Origin: Lentisphaerae bacterium ADurb.Bin242
GTDB lineage: Bacteria; Verrucomicrobiota; Lentisphaeria; Victivallales; UBA1829
Length of the DNA: 64,000 nt
NCBI GenBank assembly: GCA_002069785.1
Contig: MWCA01000004.1
Coordinates: 18,050-82,049, forward strand
Direction of reading: 5' to 3'
Shown here: positions 9,437-17,698 of the stretch, piece by piece
Layout of the letters: each line of letters begins with the position of its first letter
How positions within the stretch are numbered: position 1 is the stretch's first letter
The notes under the pieces: model-generated
The model's input: the letters and a program-made list of their open reading frames with translations, nothing else
The model's database searches: none
Told to the model about the DNA's origin: nothing
Made by a program: the position numbers and the translations under genes

Positions 9437-9982
9437 TCAGCGAGGCGGAAGCAGATTTTTAATCGTGGAGATGATGGTGGAAACTTCGGACATGCGGCCG
9501 GTTCCATCATCACCACAGGCCAGTCTTCCGGTTTCGGGGCCGATGAAGCCAACGCCGCGGTCCCGGAGGATCCGGCAGTTTTCCTGAACGGCGGTGGCGT
9601 TCCACATGCGGGTGTTCATGGCGGGAGCCAGCAGGACGGTCCCGGCGAATGCCAGCGCCGTGGTGGTCAGGGCGTCGTCCGCGATGCCGTGCGTGAACTT
9701 TCCGATGAAGTTGGCCGTGCACGGAGCGACCACAAGCAGATGGGCGTTCGCGGAAAGCTCGATGTGCTCCGGCTTCCATTCGGGAACGTCCCAGAGACTA
9801 CAGATCACGGGATTGCGCGACAGCGTCTGGAAGCAGCGCTCGGTCATGAGTTTCTGCGCGCTGAATGTCATGATCACATGAACGTCGTAGCCTTCCGCGG
9901 TGAGCTTGCTGCACAGATCGGCGCTCTTGTAGGCGGCGATTCCGCCGGTGACTCCCAGGATGATTTTCTTTTTAGTACTCAT
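9437..9982 (-). CDS. coaC: phosphopantothenoylcysteine decarboxylase-type flavoprotein (standalone CoaC domain, 181 aa)
   Basis: Trimmed to [27 protein letters not shown]. The motifs PAMNTRMW and [13 protein letters not shown] are present. No CoaB (synthetase) domain follows. Confidence 0.8.
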   Translation of the reverse strand: MSTKKKIILGVTGGIAAYKSADLCSKLTAEGYDVHVIMTFSAQKLMTERCFQTLSRNPVICSLWDVPEWKPEHIELSANAHLLVVAPCTANFIGKFTHGIADDALTTTALAFAGTVLLAPAMNTRMWNATAVQENCRILRDRGVGFIGPETGRLACGDDGTGRMSEVSTIISTIKNLLPPR

Positions 9983-10604
9983 AAAACGGCGTCTCCTTGA
10001 ATCTCGCACTCGATTGCCGGAGTGCATGGATGATATTTGAAAGCGTATTTTGAGCGGCGGTCAGATCGTCATTGACAATCACATACTTGTATTCCTTCCA
10101 GAAAGCCATCTCTTTTTTCGCGTTGGCCAGGCGGCGCGCAATGGCTTCCTCGGAATCGGTGGCGCGTCCGCGCAGACGCCTTTCCAGTTCGGAACAATTG
10201 GAGGGCGCCACGAAAACCGATTCCATGCAGCGGGCGGCCAGCGGATTTTCCTGTGCCAGTTTCTTGATGGAAAGCGCTCCCTGAACGTCGATGTCCAGCA
10301 GGACGTCGATCCCTTTTTCGATCCGGCCGAAAATCTCGGACTTAAGGGTCCCGTAGAAATTGCCGTGAACGCTGGCGTATTCGATGAAAGCGTCGCGGCG
10401 GATCAGTTCTTCAAACTGTTCCGGCGTCCGGAAATAATATTCGACGCCGTCCCGTTCCCCGGCCCGCGGCGGGCGCGTGGTACAGGAAACGGAAAATTCG
10501 ATTCCGTCGAACTTCCCGAATATTTTCCGGCACAGGGTGGATTTGCCGGACCCGCTCGGACCCGAAACGATCAGGATCATGCCGTAGCGCAGCGGAGCAT
10601 TCAT
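9972..10604 (-). CDS. gmk: guanylate kinase
   Basis: Trimmed to MNAPLRYGMILIVSGPSGSGKSTLCRKI...TTRPPRAGERDGVEYYF. Its start forms an ATGA overlap with the stop of the upstream glycerate kinase gene at 10601-10604. Confidence 0.9.
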   Translation of the reverse strand: MNAPLRYGMILIVSGPSGSGKSTLCRKIFGKFDGIEFSVSCTTRPPRAGERDGVEYYFRTPEQFEELIRRDAFIEYASVHGNFYGTLKSEIFGRIEKGIDVLLDIDVQGALSIKKLAQENPLAARCMESVFVAPSNCSELERRLRGRATDSEEAIARRLANAKKEMAFWKEYKYVIVNDDLTAAQNTLSNIIHALRQSSARFKETPFYEY

Positions 10605-11746
10605 GAGGCAAGCCCTCCCCGTGCGATAAGTTTCGCCAGATTCACGGCGGTGAAGCGGAGATCGGTTTTCCCGGCGCGAACGGCGTCCGCGAGGGAGGCA
10701 TGGGCTCCGGTCGAGGTGCTGAAGGCGAAATCGAAGGTGCGGTTGAAGTCGTCCGGGTCGCCTTTGAGCGCGCCGGAAAGCAGAAGGACCGGCACCTTGT
10801 GTTGTTTGCATACGGCGGCGATCTCCGCGCAGAGCTTGCCCGATTCCGTCTGGGAGTCGGTGCATCCTTCCCCGGTGATGAGAAGGTTTGCTCCGGCAAG
10901 ATGTTTTTCCAGCTCCAGCATGGACATGACCAGCCGGGCGCCGGAGGTGGGAGTCGCCTTGCAGAAGGCGCGGAGTCCTGCGCCGAGACCGCCGGCTGCG
11001 CCGTCGCCGGGACGGTCCACGGACTCCAGGAAAGAGTTCAGCAGCCAGAGATCGGCAAGGTTTGTCAGGCCTTTTTCGAGTTCATCGATCATTTCCCGGG
11101 TTCTGGCCCCCTTCTGCGGACCATAGACCGCGGCGGCTCCGTCGGGACCCAGCAGCGGGTTCGTGACGTCGCACGCGACCCGGATCCGGGTTTCAAACAG
11201 GCGGCGGTCCGCCCCGGAAGCATCGATTTTGGACAGGTCCTTCAAATATTTCGCGCCGCGCGGAAGCTCCTGTCCGTCTTTGTCCAGCAGACGGTAGCCG
11301 AGCGCCTGCGCCATTCCGGCGCCGCCGTCGACCGTGGCGCTGCCGCCGATTCCGATCGTCAGCTCATGAATGCCGCAGTCCAGCGCCGCACGGATGAGTT
11401 CGCCGGTTCCGTATGTGGTGGCGGCGAGCGGGTCGAGCCGCGCGGGGTCCAGCAGGGCCAGTCCGCTGGCGGAAGACATTTCCAGCACGGCGGAGCGACC
11501 CTGATGGTAAAGCCCGAACCCGGCTTTGACTTTGTCGCCGAGCGGTCCGGACACTTCCACGAAACGGAGTTCTCCGCGATGGGCGGTCACCACCGCCTCC
11601 ACCGTGCCTTCTCCACCGTCGGCCATGGGCAATGAAATCATCTGCGCGGAAGGCATGACGGACAGAAAAGCGTCCTGGAGGAGGGCGCACACCTCCGGAC
11701 TGGTCATATTTCCTTTGAATTTATCGGGCGCCAGAATGATTTTCAT
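10601..11746 (-). CDS. glycerate kinase
   Basis: MKIILAPDKFKGNMTSPEVCALLQDA...PMADGGEGTVEAV...GIGGSATVDGGAGMAQALG matches the GlxK/GarK family. Confidence 0.88.
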   Translation of the reverse strand: MKIILAPDKFKGNMTSPEVCALLQDAFLSVMPSAQMISLPMADGGEGTVEAVVTAHRGELRFVEVSGPLGDKVKAGFGLYHQGRSAVLEMSSASGLALLDPARLDPLAATTYGTGELIRAALDCGIHELTIGIGGSATVDGGAGMAQALGYRLLDKDGQELPRGAKYLKDLSKIDASGADRRLFETRIRVACDVTNPLLGPDGAAAVYGPQKGARTREMIDELEKGLTNLADLWLLNSFLESVDRPGDGAAGGLGAGLRAFCKATPTSGARLVMSMLELEKHLAGANLLITGEGCTDSQTESGKLCAEIAAVCKQHKVPVLLLSGALKGDPDDFNRTFDFAFSTSTGAHASLADAVRAGKTDLRFTAVNLAKLIARGGLAS

Positions 11747-11752
11747 GGGAGG

Positions 11753-12964
11753 TCACCAGGCCTTTTCCAGAATTTTCAAAAGGATGTCCGACGCGCCGGA
11801 CGGATCCAGCGGCCGCGGAGAGGTCTGAAGCTTGACCGGATTGAGCAGGGCGTCCCGCGCCGTTTTCGCAAGGATTTCGCGGGGACATTTCAGGTCGGAC
11901 AGACGGGCCGGACCGCCGCAGGAAGCAATGAACGCGGCGCAGGAGGCAACCACCTGTTCCGGCGTCTTTTCCGGTATTTTCGAGAAGATGCCCGCCATTT
12001 TCATCGTGGCCTCCCGGACGGCGTCGTCGCCGAGATAGTAGTTCCAGAAGGGAGGAAGAAGGGCGGCGACGGCAAGCCCGTGGGGAACCTGCCCGTAAAA
12101 CGAAAAGCTGCAAAGGTGCGGCAAAGAGGTCGGGCGGTTTTTGATGCACATTCCCCCCAGTGTCGCCGCCGCGGAAAGATACTGGCGGGCCAGCTCGTTT
12201 TCCGGTTTCTCCAGCGCGGCCGGAAGCGCGGCCGAAATCAGGCGGATCCCCTGAATCCCCCAGGCGGCCGCGGACGGATGCGCGTTCTCCGCGCGGATGT
12301 TCAATTCGCTTTCGACGCAGTGGACCAGCGCATCGAGCGCGGTCGTGAGCGTCAGTTCCCGGGGCATGGTGAGACCGAAATGCGGATTCACGAAGGCGTA
12401 TTCCGGGATGATCTGCGGTTCCACGATCAGTTTCTTGACCCTGGTTTCCGGATCGACGATGTTGGCGTAGGGCGTGACTTCCGAACCGGTTCCCGCCGTG
12501 GTCGGGACGCAGATGATCCGTTTAAATTTCTTCCCCGGCGCTTTCTGAGAAGCCCGGCTGACGCCGAAAAGTTCGGTGACGTCCATGCCGGATTCGACGC
12601 TGAGGCAGGCCGCTTTCGCCGCGTCCATGACGCTCCCGCCTCCGACGGCGACTATGATGTCCGGCTGTTCCTTCGCAATGACGTCCCGCATGGCGCAGAT
12701 GTCCGCGACGGTCGGCTCCGGCGGGATGTTCATATAGGACGGCACCTCGAAATCGGTACTGGAAAAGAGCGTGAAAAGAGTCGGAACCGCTTTGTTGAGG
12801 GACCCGGAACGGGAGCCTCCGGCAAAGACAAGCGCGGAGTTGACCTGTTCTTTGATCAGAAAACCATTGAGCTGGTTATGGGCGGACTCCCCGAAAATGA
12901 TCGCGGTATCGGGATATTCGTCCAGCATGGATTCATATTTGAACTCGGGAGAAGAGACGCTCAT
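11753..12964 (-). CDS. iron-containing alcohol dehydrogenase family protein
   Basis: Trimmed to MSVSSPEFKYE. The motif VAVGGGSVMDAAKA and conserved His residues (ALVHCVE) are present. Its start forms an ATGA overlap with the stop of the upstream epimerase gene. Confidence 0.85.
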   Translation of the reverse strand: MSVSSPEFKYESMLDEYPDTAIIFGESAHNQLNGFLIKEQVNSALVFAGGSRSGSLNKAVPTLFTLFSSTDFEVPSYMNIPPEPTVADICAMRDVIAKEQPDIIVAVGGGSVMDAAKAACLSVESGMDVTELFGVSRASQKAPGKKFKRIICVPTTAGTGSEVTPYANIVDPETRVKKLIVEPQIIPEYAFVNPHFGLTMPRELTLTTALDALVHCVESELNIRAENAHPSAAAWGIQGIRLISAALPAALEKPENELARQYLSAAATLGGMCIKNRPTSLPHLCSFSFYGQVPHGLAVAALLPPFWNYYLGDDAVREATMKMAGIFSKIPEKTPEQVVASCAAFIASCGGPARLSDLKCPREILAKTARDALLNPVKLQTSPRPLDPSGASDILLKILEKAW

Positions 12965-13941
12965 GACCGGCCTCCATTGTTCTTTGAACGGATGAATTCG
13001 ATCACATCGTCGATGATCTGTTCCAGTTCGATTTCCGGTTTCCAGCCGCAAAGGGTCTGAATGGCGTTGCAGTCCGGCGCCCGGTTCATCATATCCTCGA
13101 ATCCGGGTTCGTATGCCTCCTCGTAGGGGACCATGCGGATGCCGGAGGCGCTGTGCGCCCGCTGCATCACCAGGTCCGCAAGCGCGCGGATGGAAATCCG
13201 CCTCGCCGTTCCGATGTTGAAAACCTTGCCGTAAGAGGCTTCCAGCGGAATGATCAGCCGCAGGGCGCGGATAACGTCCCTGACATGACAGAAGCAGCGG
13301 GTCTGCTCTCCGGTGCCGTATACCGGAAGCGGAGTGTTTTTCAGGGCGGCGGTCACGAAACGGGGCAGGACCATTCCGTAGCGTCCGGTCTGGCGCGGCC
13401 CGACCGTGTTGAAGAAGCGGACCACGGTTCCGGGCAGTTTCCTGTCGCGGTGGAACGCCATGAGGAAAAACTCATCCAGCAGTTTGCTGCAGGCATACGA
13501 CCAGCGCGCGTTGGTGGACGGTCCGATGCAGAGGTCGTCGGTCTCCTTGAAGAAAGCCTTGGCCGATTTTCCGTATACTTCGCTGGTGGACGCAATGAGG
13601 CAGCGTTTGCCGGACTGAGCCGCGAATGTGAGGACGCGTTCCGTTCCGTGCACGTTGGTGACCAGCGTGCGGACCGGGTCATGCACGACCAGTTCCACGC
13701 CCACCGCCGCGGCAAGGTGAATGACGCAATCCGCGGCCTCCACCTCTTTTTCGAGATGGGAGCCGGAAAGGATGTTTTCTTCGATCACTTTCAGACGGGG
13801 ATGTTCCGCCACGGCGGAAAGGTTCTCCGGAGATCCCGTGGAAAAGTCGTCAATGACCGTGACGGAATAGCCGTCGGCAAGAAGAGATTCCGTCAAATGA
13901 CTTCCGATAAAACCGGCCCCGCCGGTAATCAAATATTTCAT
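12961..13941 (-). CDS. NAD-dependent epimerase/dehydratase (extended SDR, UDP-sugar decarboxylase/epimerase-like)
   Basis: [21 protein letters not shown] and the catalytic YACSKLLDE motif. Confidence 0.88.
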   Translation of the reverse strand: MKYLITGGAGFIGSHLTESLLADGYSVTVIDDFSTGSPENLSAVAEHPRLKVIEENILSGSHLEKEVEAADCVIHLAAAVGVELVVHDPVRTLVTNVHGTERVLTFAAQSGKRCLIASTSEVYGKSAKAFFKETDDLCIGPSTNARWSYACSKLLDEFFLMAFHRDRKLPGTVVRFFNTVGPRQTGRYGMVLPRFVTAALKNTPLPVYGTGEQTRCFCHVRDVIRALRLIIPLEASYGKVFNIGTARRISIRALADLVMQRAHSASGIRMVPYEEAYEPGFEDMMNRAPDCNAIQTLCGWKPEIELEQIIDDVIEFIRSKNNGGRS

Positions 13942-14027
13942 AATGTCCTTTCATTTCGCGAGTCAACATGGAAACATACACTTGCAAAGGGGATTTTTCA
14001 AATCGGAGGCGGAAAAATCCCGGCCTG

Positions 14028-14648
14028 TTACAAAATTTCAAAGTCGGTATCCGCTTCTTGAGTATCCTTCATGGGAAGGGTGGTGGTTTTGAAAGGAACC
14101 AGCAGCACGACCCAGTTCTTATAATGGGAGCTGGCGTTGATCATGGGAATGCACTCGATGGGTTTTCTGGTCTTTGCCTCGAAAATATTGAATGCCAGCC
14201 GTCCGTATGCGCTCCGGTGATAGATCTTGAAAAGCGGAATTTCCGGAATGACGATGTTCAAAGTCGTATAAGGGACCGGGATCGGGAGCGTGGGGGTGCC
14301 GATCAGGAAGGTGTTGAAGTCGGTGGCGAGAACTCCGCAGAGCGGCTGGATCATGACGTCGGCCTCCTCCTGCTTCCCGACGATGATCCCCCTGGCCCTG
14401 GCGATTTCCATTTCCAGGCGTCCCTGAAGATACTGTTTGTCATCCTGGGGAACCAGATACGAGTAATCGAAGAATATTTTTTGCCCGGCATATTTTCCAA
14501 GTCCGGCCTGTACCGCCGCCTGTTCAATCGTATGGGCCAGAAGATATTGTTCGACGGCGGAACGTTTTGTGTTGGTGGTCCAGGGATTGGCGCAGCTGCA
14601 AAGCAGCAGTGCGGAGGCGAGAAGAATGGCTCCGGAAAGGGCTTTCAT
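14028..14648 (-). CDS. hypothetical lipoprotein
   Basis: Trimmed to MKALSGAILLASALLLCSC (lipobox). I recognise no family. Confidence 0.6.
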   Translation of the reverse strand: MKALSGAILLASALLLCSCANPWTTNTKRSAVEQYLLAHTIEQAAVQAGLGKYAGQKIFFDYSYLVPQDDKQYLQGRLEMEIARARGIIVGKQEEADVMIQPLCGVLATDFNTFLIGTPTLPIPVPYTTLNIVIPEIPLFKIYHRSAYGRLAFNIFEAKTRKPIECIPMINASSHYKNWVVLLVPFKTTTLPMKDTQEADTDFEIL

Positions 14649-14835
14649 GGCGGTTTCCTTACGGTTGACATGGTTATGGGCATCAAAACAAAATAACTGC
14701 TGCACTATACCCTCTCTTTGAGGCAATGAAAAGGGGGAGGCGTCTTTTTTTCGGATTTTTTGTTTGATTTATGGGAAAAGACCCCGTATTGTAAGAAAGT
14801 TTCGCTGTTTTTCAATGAAACGACAGGAATTTCTT

Positions 14836-15933
14836 ATGGGATCAAAAGTATATTTCGGTTCGGTGGCGGTCTCCAAGCCGTCCGCGCCCTCCACCCTTCC
14901 CGGAAAGCTGATGCGGATTCTGGGGAAAATCGACCTGCCGGCGCTTTGTTCCGGGGACTGGGTTCCGATCAAGATGCACCTCGGCGGAGGCCTGGGATAC
15001 TCCACCGTGCATCCGCTGTTCGTACGGGTGATTGTCGACGCGGTCCGCGCGGCCGGGGGAAGGCCGGTGGTGACGGAAGGGTCCTTCGAGGCGGTCGCGG
15101 ACGCCGCGAAGCATGGATACACAATGGAAACGGTCGGATGCCCAATTGTGGCCGCCGGAGGCGTGTTCAACTCACACGTTGCGGAAAAGAAGGCCGGTTT
15201 CCTCACCTACGACAAGGCCCGTATTTACGGTCTGCTCCAGGATGCGAAATGCCTCATCAACCTGTCCCACGTCAAAGGGCATGGCGTCTGTGCCTACGGC
15301 GGAGCCTGTAAAAACATCGCCATGGGCTGTGTGGACCCGAAGACCCGGAGCAAGATTCACGCGCTCCAGGGAGGGATCGACTGGGATGCGTGCAAATGTG
15401 TGTACTGCGGCAAATGCGCCGCCGCCTGCGACCGTCGCGCCATCCGGATCGACCGCGCCAAAGAATCCTTGAACATCAATTTCCACGACTGCCGCTTCTG
15501 CCGTCATTGCGTGCTGGCCTGTCCCGGGCATGCGCTCTCCATGAACACGGGGACCTCTTATCGCAATTTCCAGGAGGGCATGGCGATTACGACCCGCCTC
15601 GTGCTGGAACATTTTGCTCCCGAACGTCTTCTCCACATCAACCTGATGACGAACATCACCATGTTCTGCGACTGCTGGGGGATCACCACCCCGAATCTGG
15701 TCCCGGATATCGGCCTTACGGCTTCGCAGGACATCGTTGCCATTGAACAGGCCACGCTGGACCTCATCAAAGCGGAGAATTTCATTCCGGGCAGCCTGAT
15801 CGGGGATGCCGAACTGGGACCCGGAAAACATCTGTTGGAAAAAGTCCACGGAAAGGACCCGTTCATTCAGGTGGACGCCCTCGAACGCCATGGCCTCGGC
15901 TCCCGTCGGTACGAACTCGAAGAAGTGTTCTGA
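14836..15933 (+). CDS. DUF362 domain protein with two 4Fe-4S ferredoxin-type clusters
   Basis: Trimmed to the ATG at 14836 (MGSKVYFGS). The cluster motifs are CVYCGKCAAACDRRAI and CRFCRHCVLACPGHAL. Confidence 0.8.
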   Translation: MGSKVYFGSVAVSKPSAPSTLPGKLMRILGKIDLPALCSGDWVPIKMHLGGGLGYSTVHPLFVRVIVDAVRAAGGRPVVTEGSFEAVADAAKHGYTMETVGCPIVAAGGVFNSHVAEKKAGFLTYDKARIYGLLQDAKCLINLSHVKGHGVCAYGGACKNIAMGCVDPKTRSKIHALQGGIDWDACKCVYCGKCAAACDRRAIRIDRAKESLNINFHDCRFCRHCVLACPGHALSMNTGTSYRNFQEGMAITTRLVLEHFAPERLLHINLMTNITMFCDCWGITTPNLVPDIGLTASQDIVAIEQATLDLIKAENFIPGSLIGDAELGPGKHLLEKVHGKDPFIQVDALERHGLGSRRYELEEVF

Positions 15934-16020
15934 CGGAACCGTTTCCGCCGGTTTGCATTTTCCCGCCCGGCGGGATATATTGGCCGGAAAGATTCATGAA
16001 ATGAACAGAAAGATGTTTCC

Positions 16021-17106
16021 ATGTCATCCAATGTGATCGCCATCGACGGACCCGCCGCCTCCGGGAAAAGCACGGTTGCCCGGGCCCTTTCGGAGCGTCT
16101 CGGAATCCCGTATGTCAGTACCGGCTCGCTGTATCGCGCCCTCGCCTGGAAAATGCTGAACCGGAAACTGGACCCCGCCGCGATCTCCGCAGAAGAACTT
16201 GCCGTATTTCTTGCGGATACCTCCATCGCGTGCCGGCGCCCGGAACCACAAGCCCCGCTCGACATCGAGATCGACGGTGTCTTCCCCGGCGGGAAACTCC
16301 AGACCGCGGAAATTTCAGCGGCGGCCTCGAAAGTCGCCACCTATCCGGAAGTCCGGACGTGGCTGCTGGACGTTCAGCGCTCCCTGGCCGGGAAAACCCG
16401 GATCGTCATGGAGGGCCGCGACATCGGGACCGCCATTTTTCCGGACGCGAAATACAAGTTTTTCCTGACCGCCTCCCCGGAGGTCCGCGCAAAGCGGCGT
16501 CTCCTCCAGAGCGGCCGCCCCTTCGACCGGCAGACGCTCGACACGGTGGCTAGGGAAATCGCCGCCCGCGACGAACAGGACCGTTCCCGCAAGACCGCCC
16601 CCCTCCGCCAGGCGGAAGATGCGGTCTGTCTCGACAACAGCGGCATGGATCTGGAACAGACTCTTCAATTCATCCTGGAAACCATACAAAGAAAGGACAT
16701 TCTCATGGGCAAGGAAACCGTTCTCCAGTATCGCGTCCCGTATGCCGACACGGACCAGATGGGCGTGGTCTACTATGCGAATTACCTCAAATATTTCGAA
16801 ATGTTCCGCACGGAGATGCTGATCGCCGCCGGAGAAAGCTATCAGAAAATGGAGGAGCACGGCTACTCGCTCCCCGTGATCGAGGCGGTCTGCCGCTACA
16901 AAAGTCCCGCGCATTTTGAAGACATCCTTTCCGTGACCGGCTGTGTTGCGGAATGCAAAGGCGTCCGGGTCCGCATCGAATGCCGGATTCACCGGGGCGA
17001 TACCCTCCTCGCGGAAGGCTATACCGTCCATGCCTGTATCAACCGGGACGGCCGTCCCGTCCGGGTTCCCGCGACGATCTCCGGCCTCATGACGGAAAAG
17101 GAGTGA
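16021..17106 (+). CDS. cmk: cytidylate kinase fused in frame to a 4HBT/YbgC-type acyl-CoA thioesterase
   Basis: The N-terminal part is IAIDGPAASGKSTVARALSERLGIPYVSTGSLYRA (Cmk). From residue 229 (ATG at 16705) the sequence is MGKETVLQYRVPYADTDQMGVVYYANYLKYFEMFRTEML (hotdog thioesterase). No stop codon separates the two parts. Confidence 0.85.
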   Translation: MSSNVIAIDGPAASGKSTVARALSERLGIPYVSTGSLYRALAWKMLNRKLDPAAISAEELAVFLADTSIACRRPEPQAPLDIEIDGVFPGGKLQTAEISAAASKVATYPEVRTWLLDVQRSLAGKTRIVMEGRDIGTAIFPDAKYKFFLTASPEVRAKRRLLQSGRPFDRQTLDTVAREIAARDEQDRSRKTAPLRQAEDAVCLDNSGMDLEQTLQFILETIQRKDILMGKETVLQYRVPYADTDQMGVVYYANYLKYFEMFRTEMLIAAGESYQKMEEHGYSLPVIEAVCRYKSPAHFEDILSVTGCVAECKGVRVRIECRIHRGDTLLAEGYTVHACINRDGRPVRVPATISGLMTEKE

Positions 17107-17109
17107 ATC

Positions 17110-17682
17110 ATGGATTTTCAGGAAATTCTTCTCCGCCGCACGATCCGCCGGTTTCAGCAGAAGCCGTTGTCCGAAGCGGATTTCCGCGCCCTGCTGAACG
17201 CCGCCCGTCTGGCCTCCTGCGCCTCCAACCGGCAGCGGCTGCGCTATATCGTGGCGCGCGAGCCCGGACGGGTCGCCGCGATCCTGCCGCATACCGCGTA
17301 TGCCGCGCTTGTCAAGCCGCACAGGGACCCTGTTCCGGGCGTAAATTCACCGGTGGCGTTCATTGCGGTGACGGCCACGGAAGAGCCGTCGTCCCATCTT
17401 TATGCCGACGCGGGAGCGGCGATCCAGAGTCTCGAGTTTGCCGCGTGGGAACGTTCCATCGGCTGCTGCTGGCTGGCCTCGTTCGACCGGGAAAAGGCAG
17501 CGGCTCTTCTGGAGGTGAAAGACGCTGACCGCCTCCTGTATCTGGTGGCGCTCGGGTATCCCGCGGAATCGCCGGTCCGGGAAGATATCCGGGGCGATGG
17601 AAGCCCCCGCTACTACCTTGACTCGGACGATGTTCTCCACGTGCCCAAATGGACGGTGGACTCCATTACCGAATGGAAATGA
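17110..17682 (+). CDS. nitroreductase family protein
   Basis: MDFQEILLRRTIRRFQQKPLSEADFRALLNAARLASCASNRQ. Confidence 0.85.
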   Translation: MDFQEILLRRTIRRFQQKPLSEADFRALLNAARLASCASNRQRLRYIVAREPGRVAAILPHTAYAALVKPHRDPVPGVNSPVAFIAVTATEEPSSHLYADAGAAIQSLEFAAWERSIGCCWLASFDREKAAALLEVKDADRLLYLVALGYPAESPVREDIRGDGSPRYYLDSDDVLHVPKWTVDSITEWK

Positions 17683-17698
17683 CCGGAAAGGGAAAAAC

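Noticed and set aside
9972-10865. Long N-terminal extensions of track ORFs, for example gmk to 10865, Fe-ADH to 13051, rfbA to 8430, coaC to 10027, PP2C to 26419, HU to 33136 and chrA from 38800.
   Set aside because: The extensions overlap the upstream gene or cross a terminator, and they are Arg/Pro-rich. The conserved family N-termini begin at internal Met codons that form ATGA overlaps or have RBSs.
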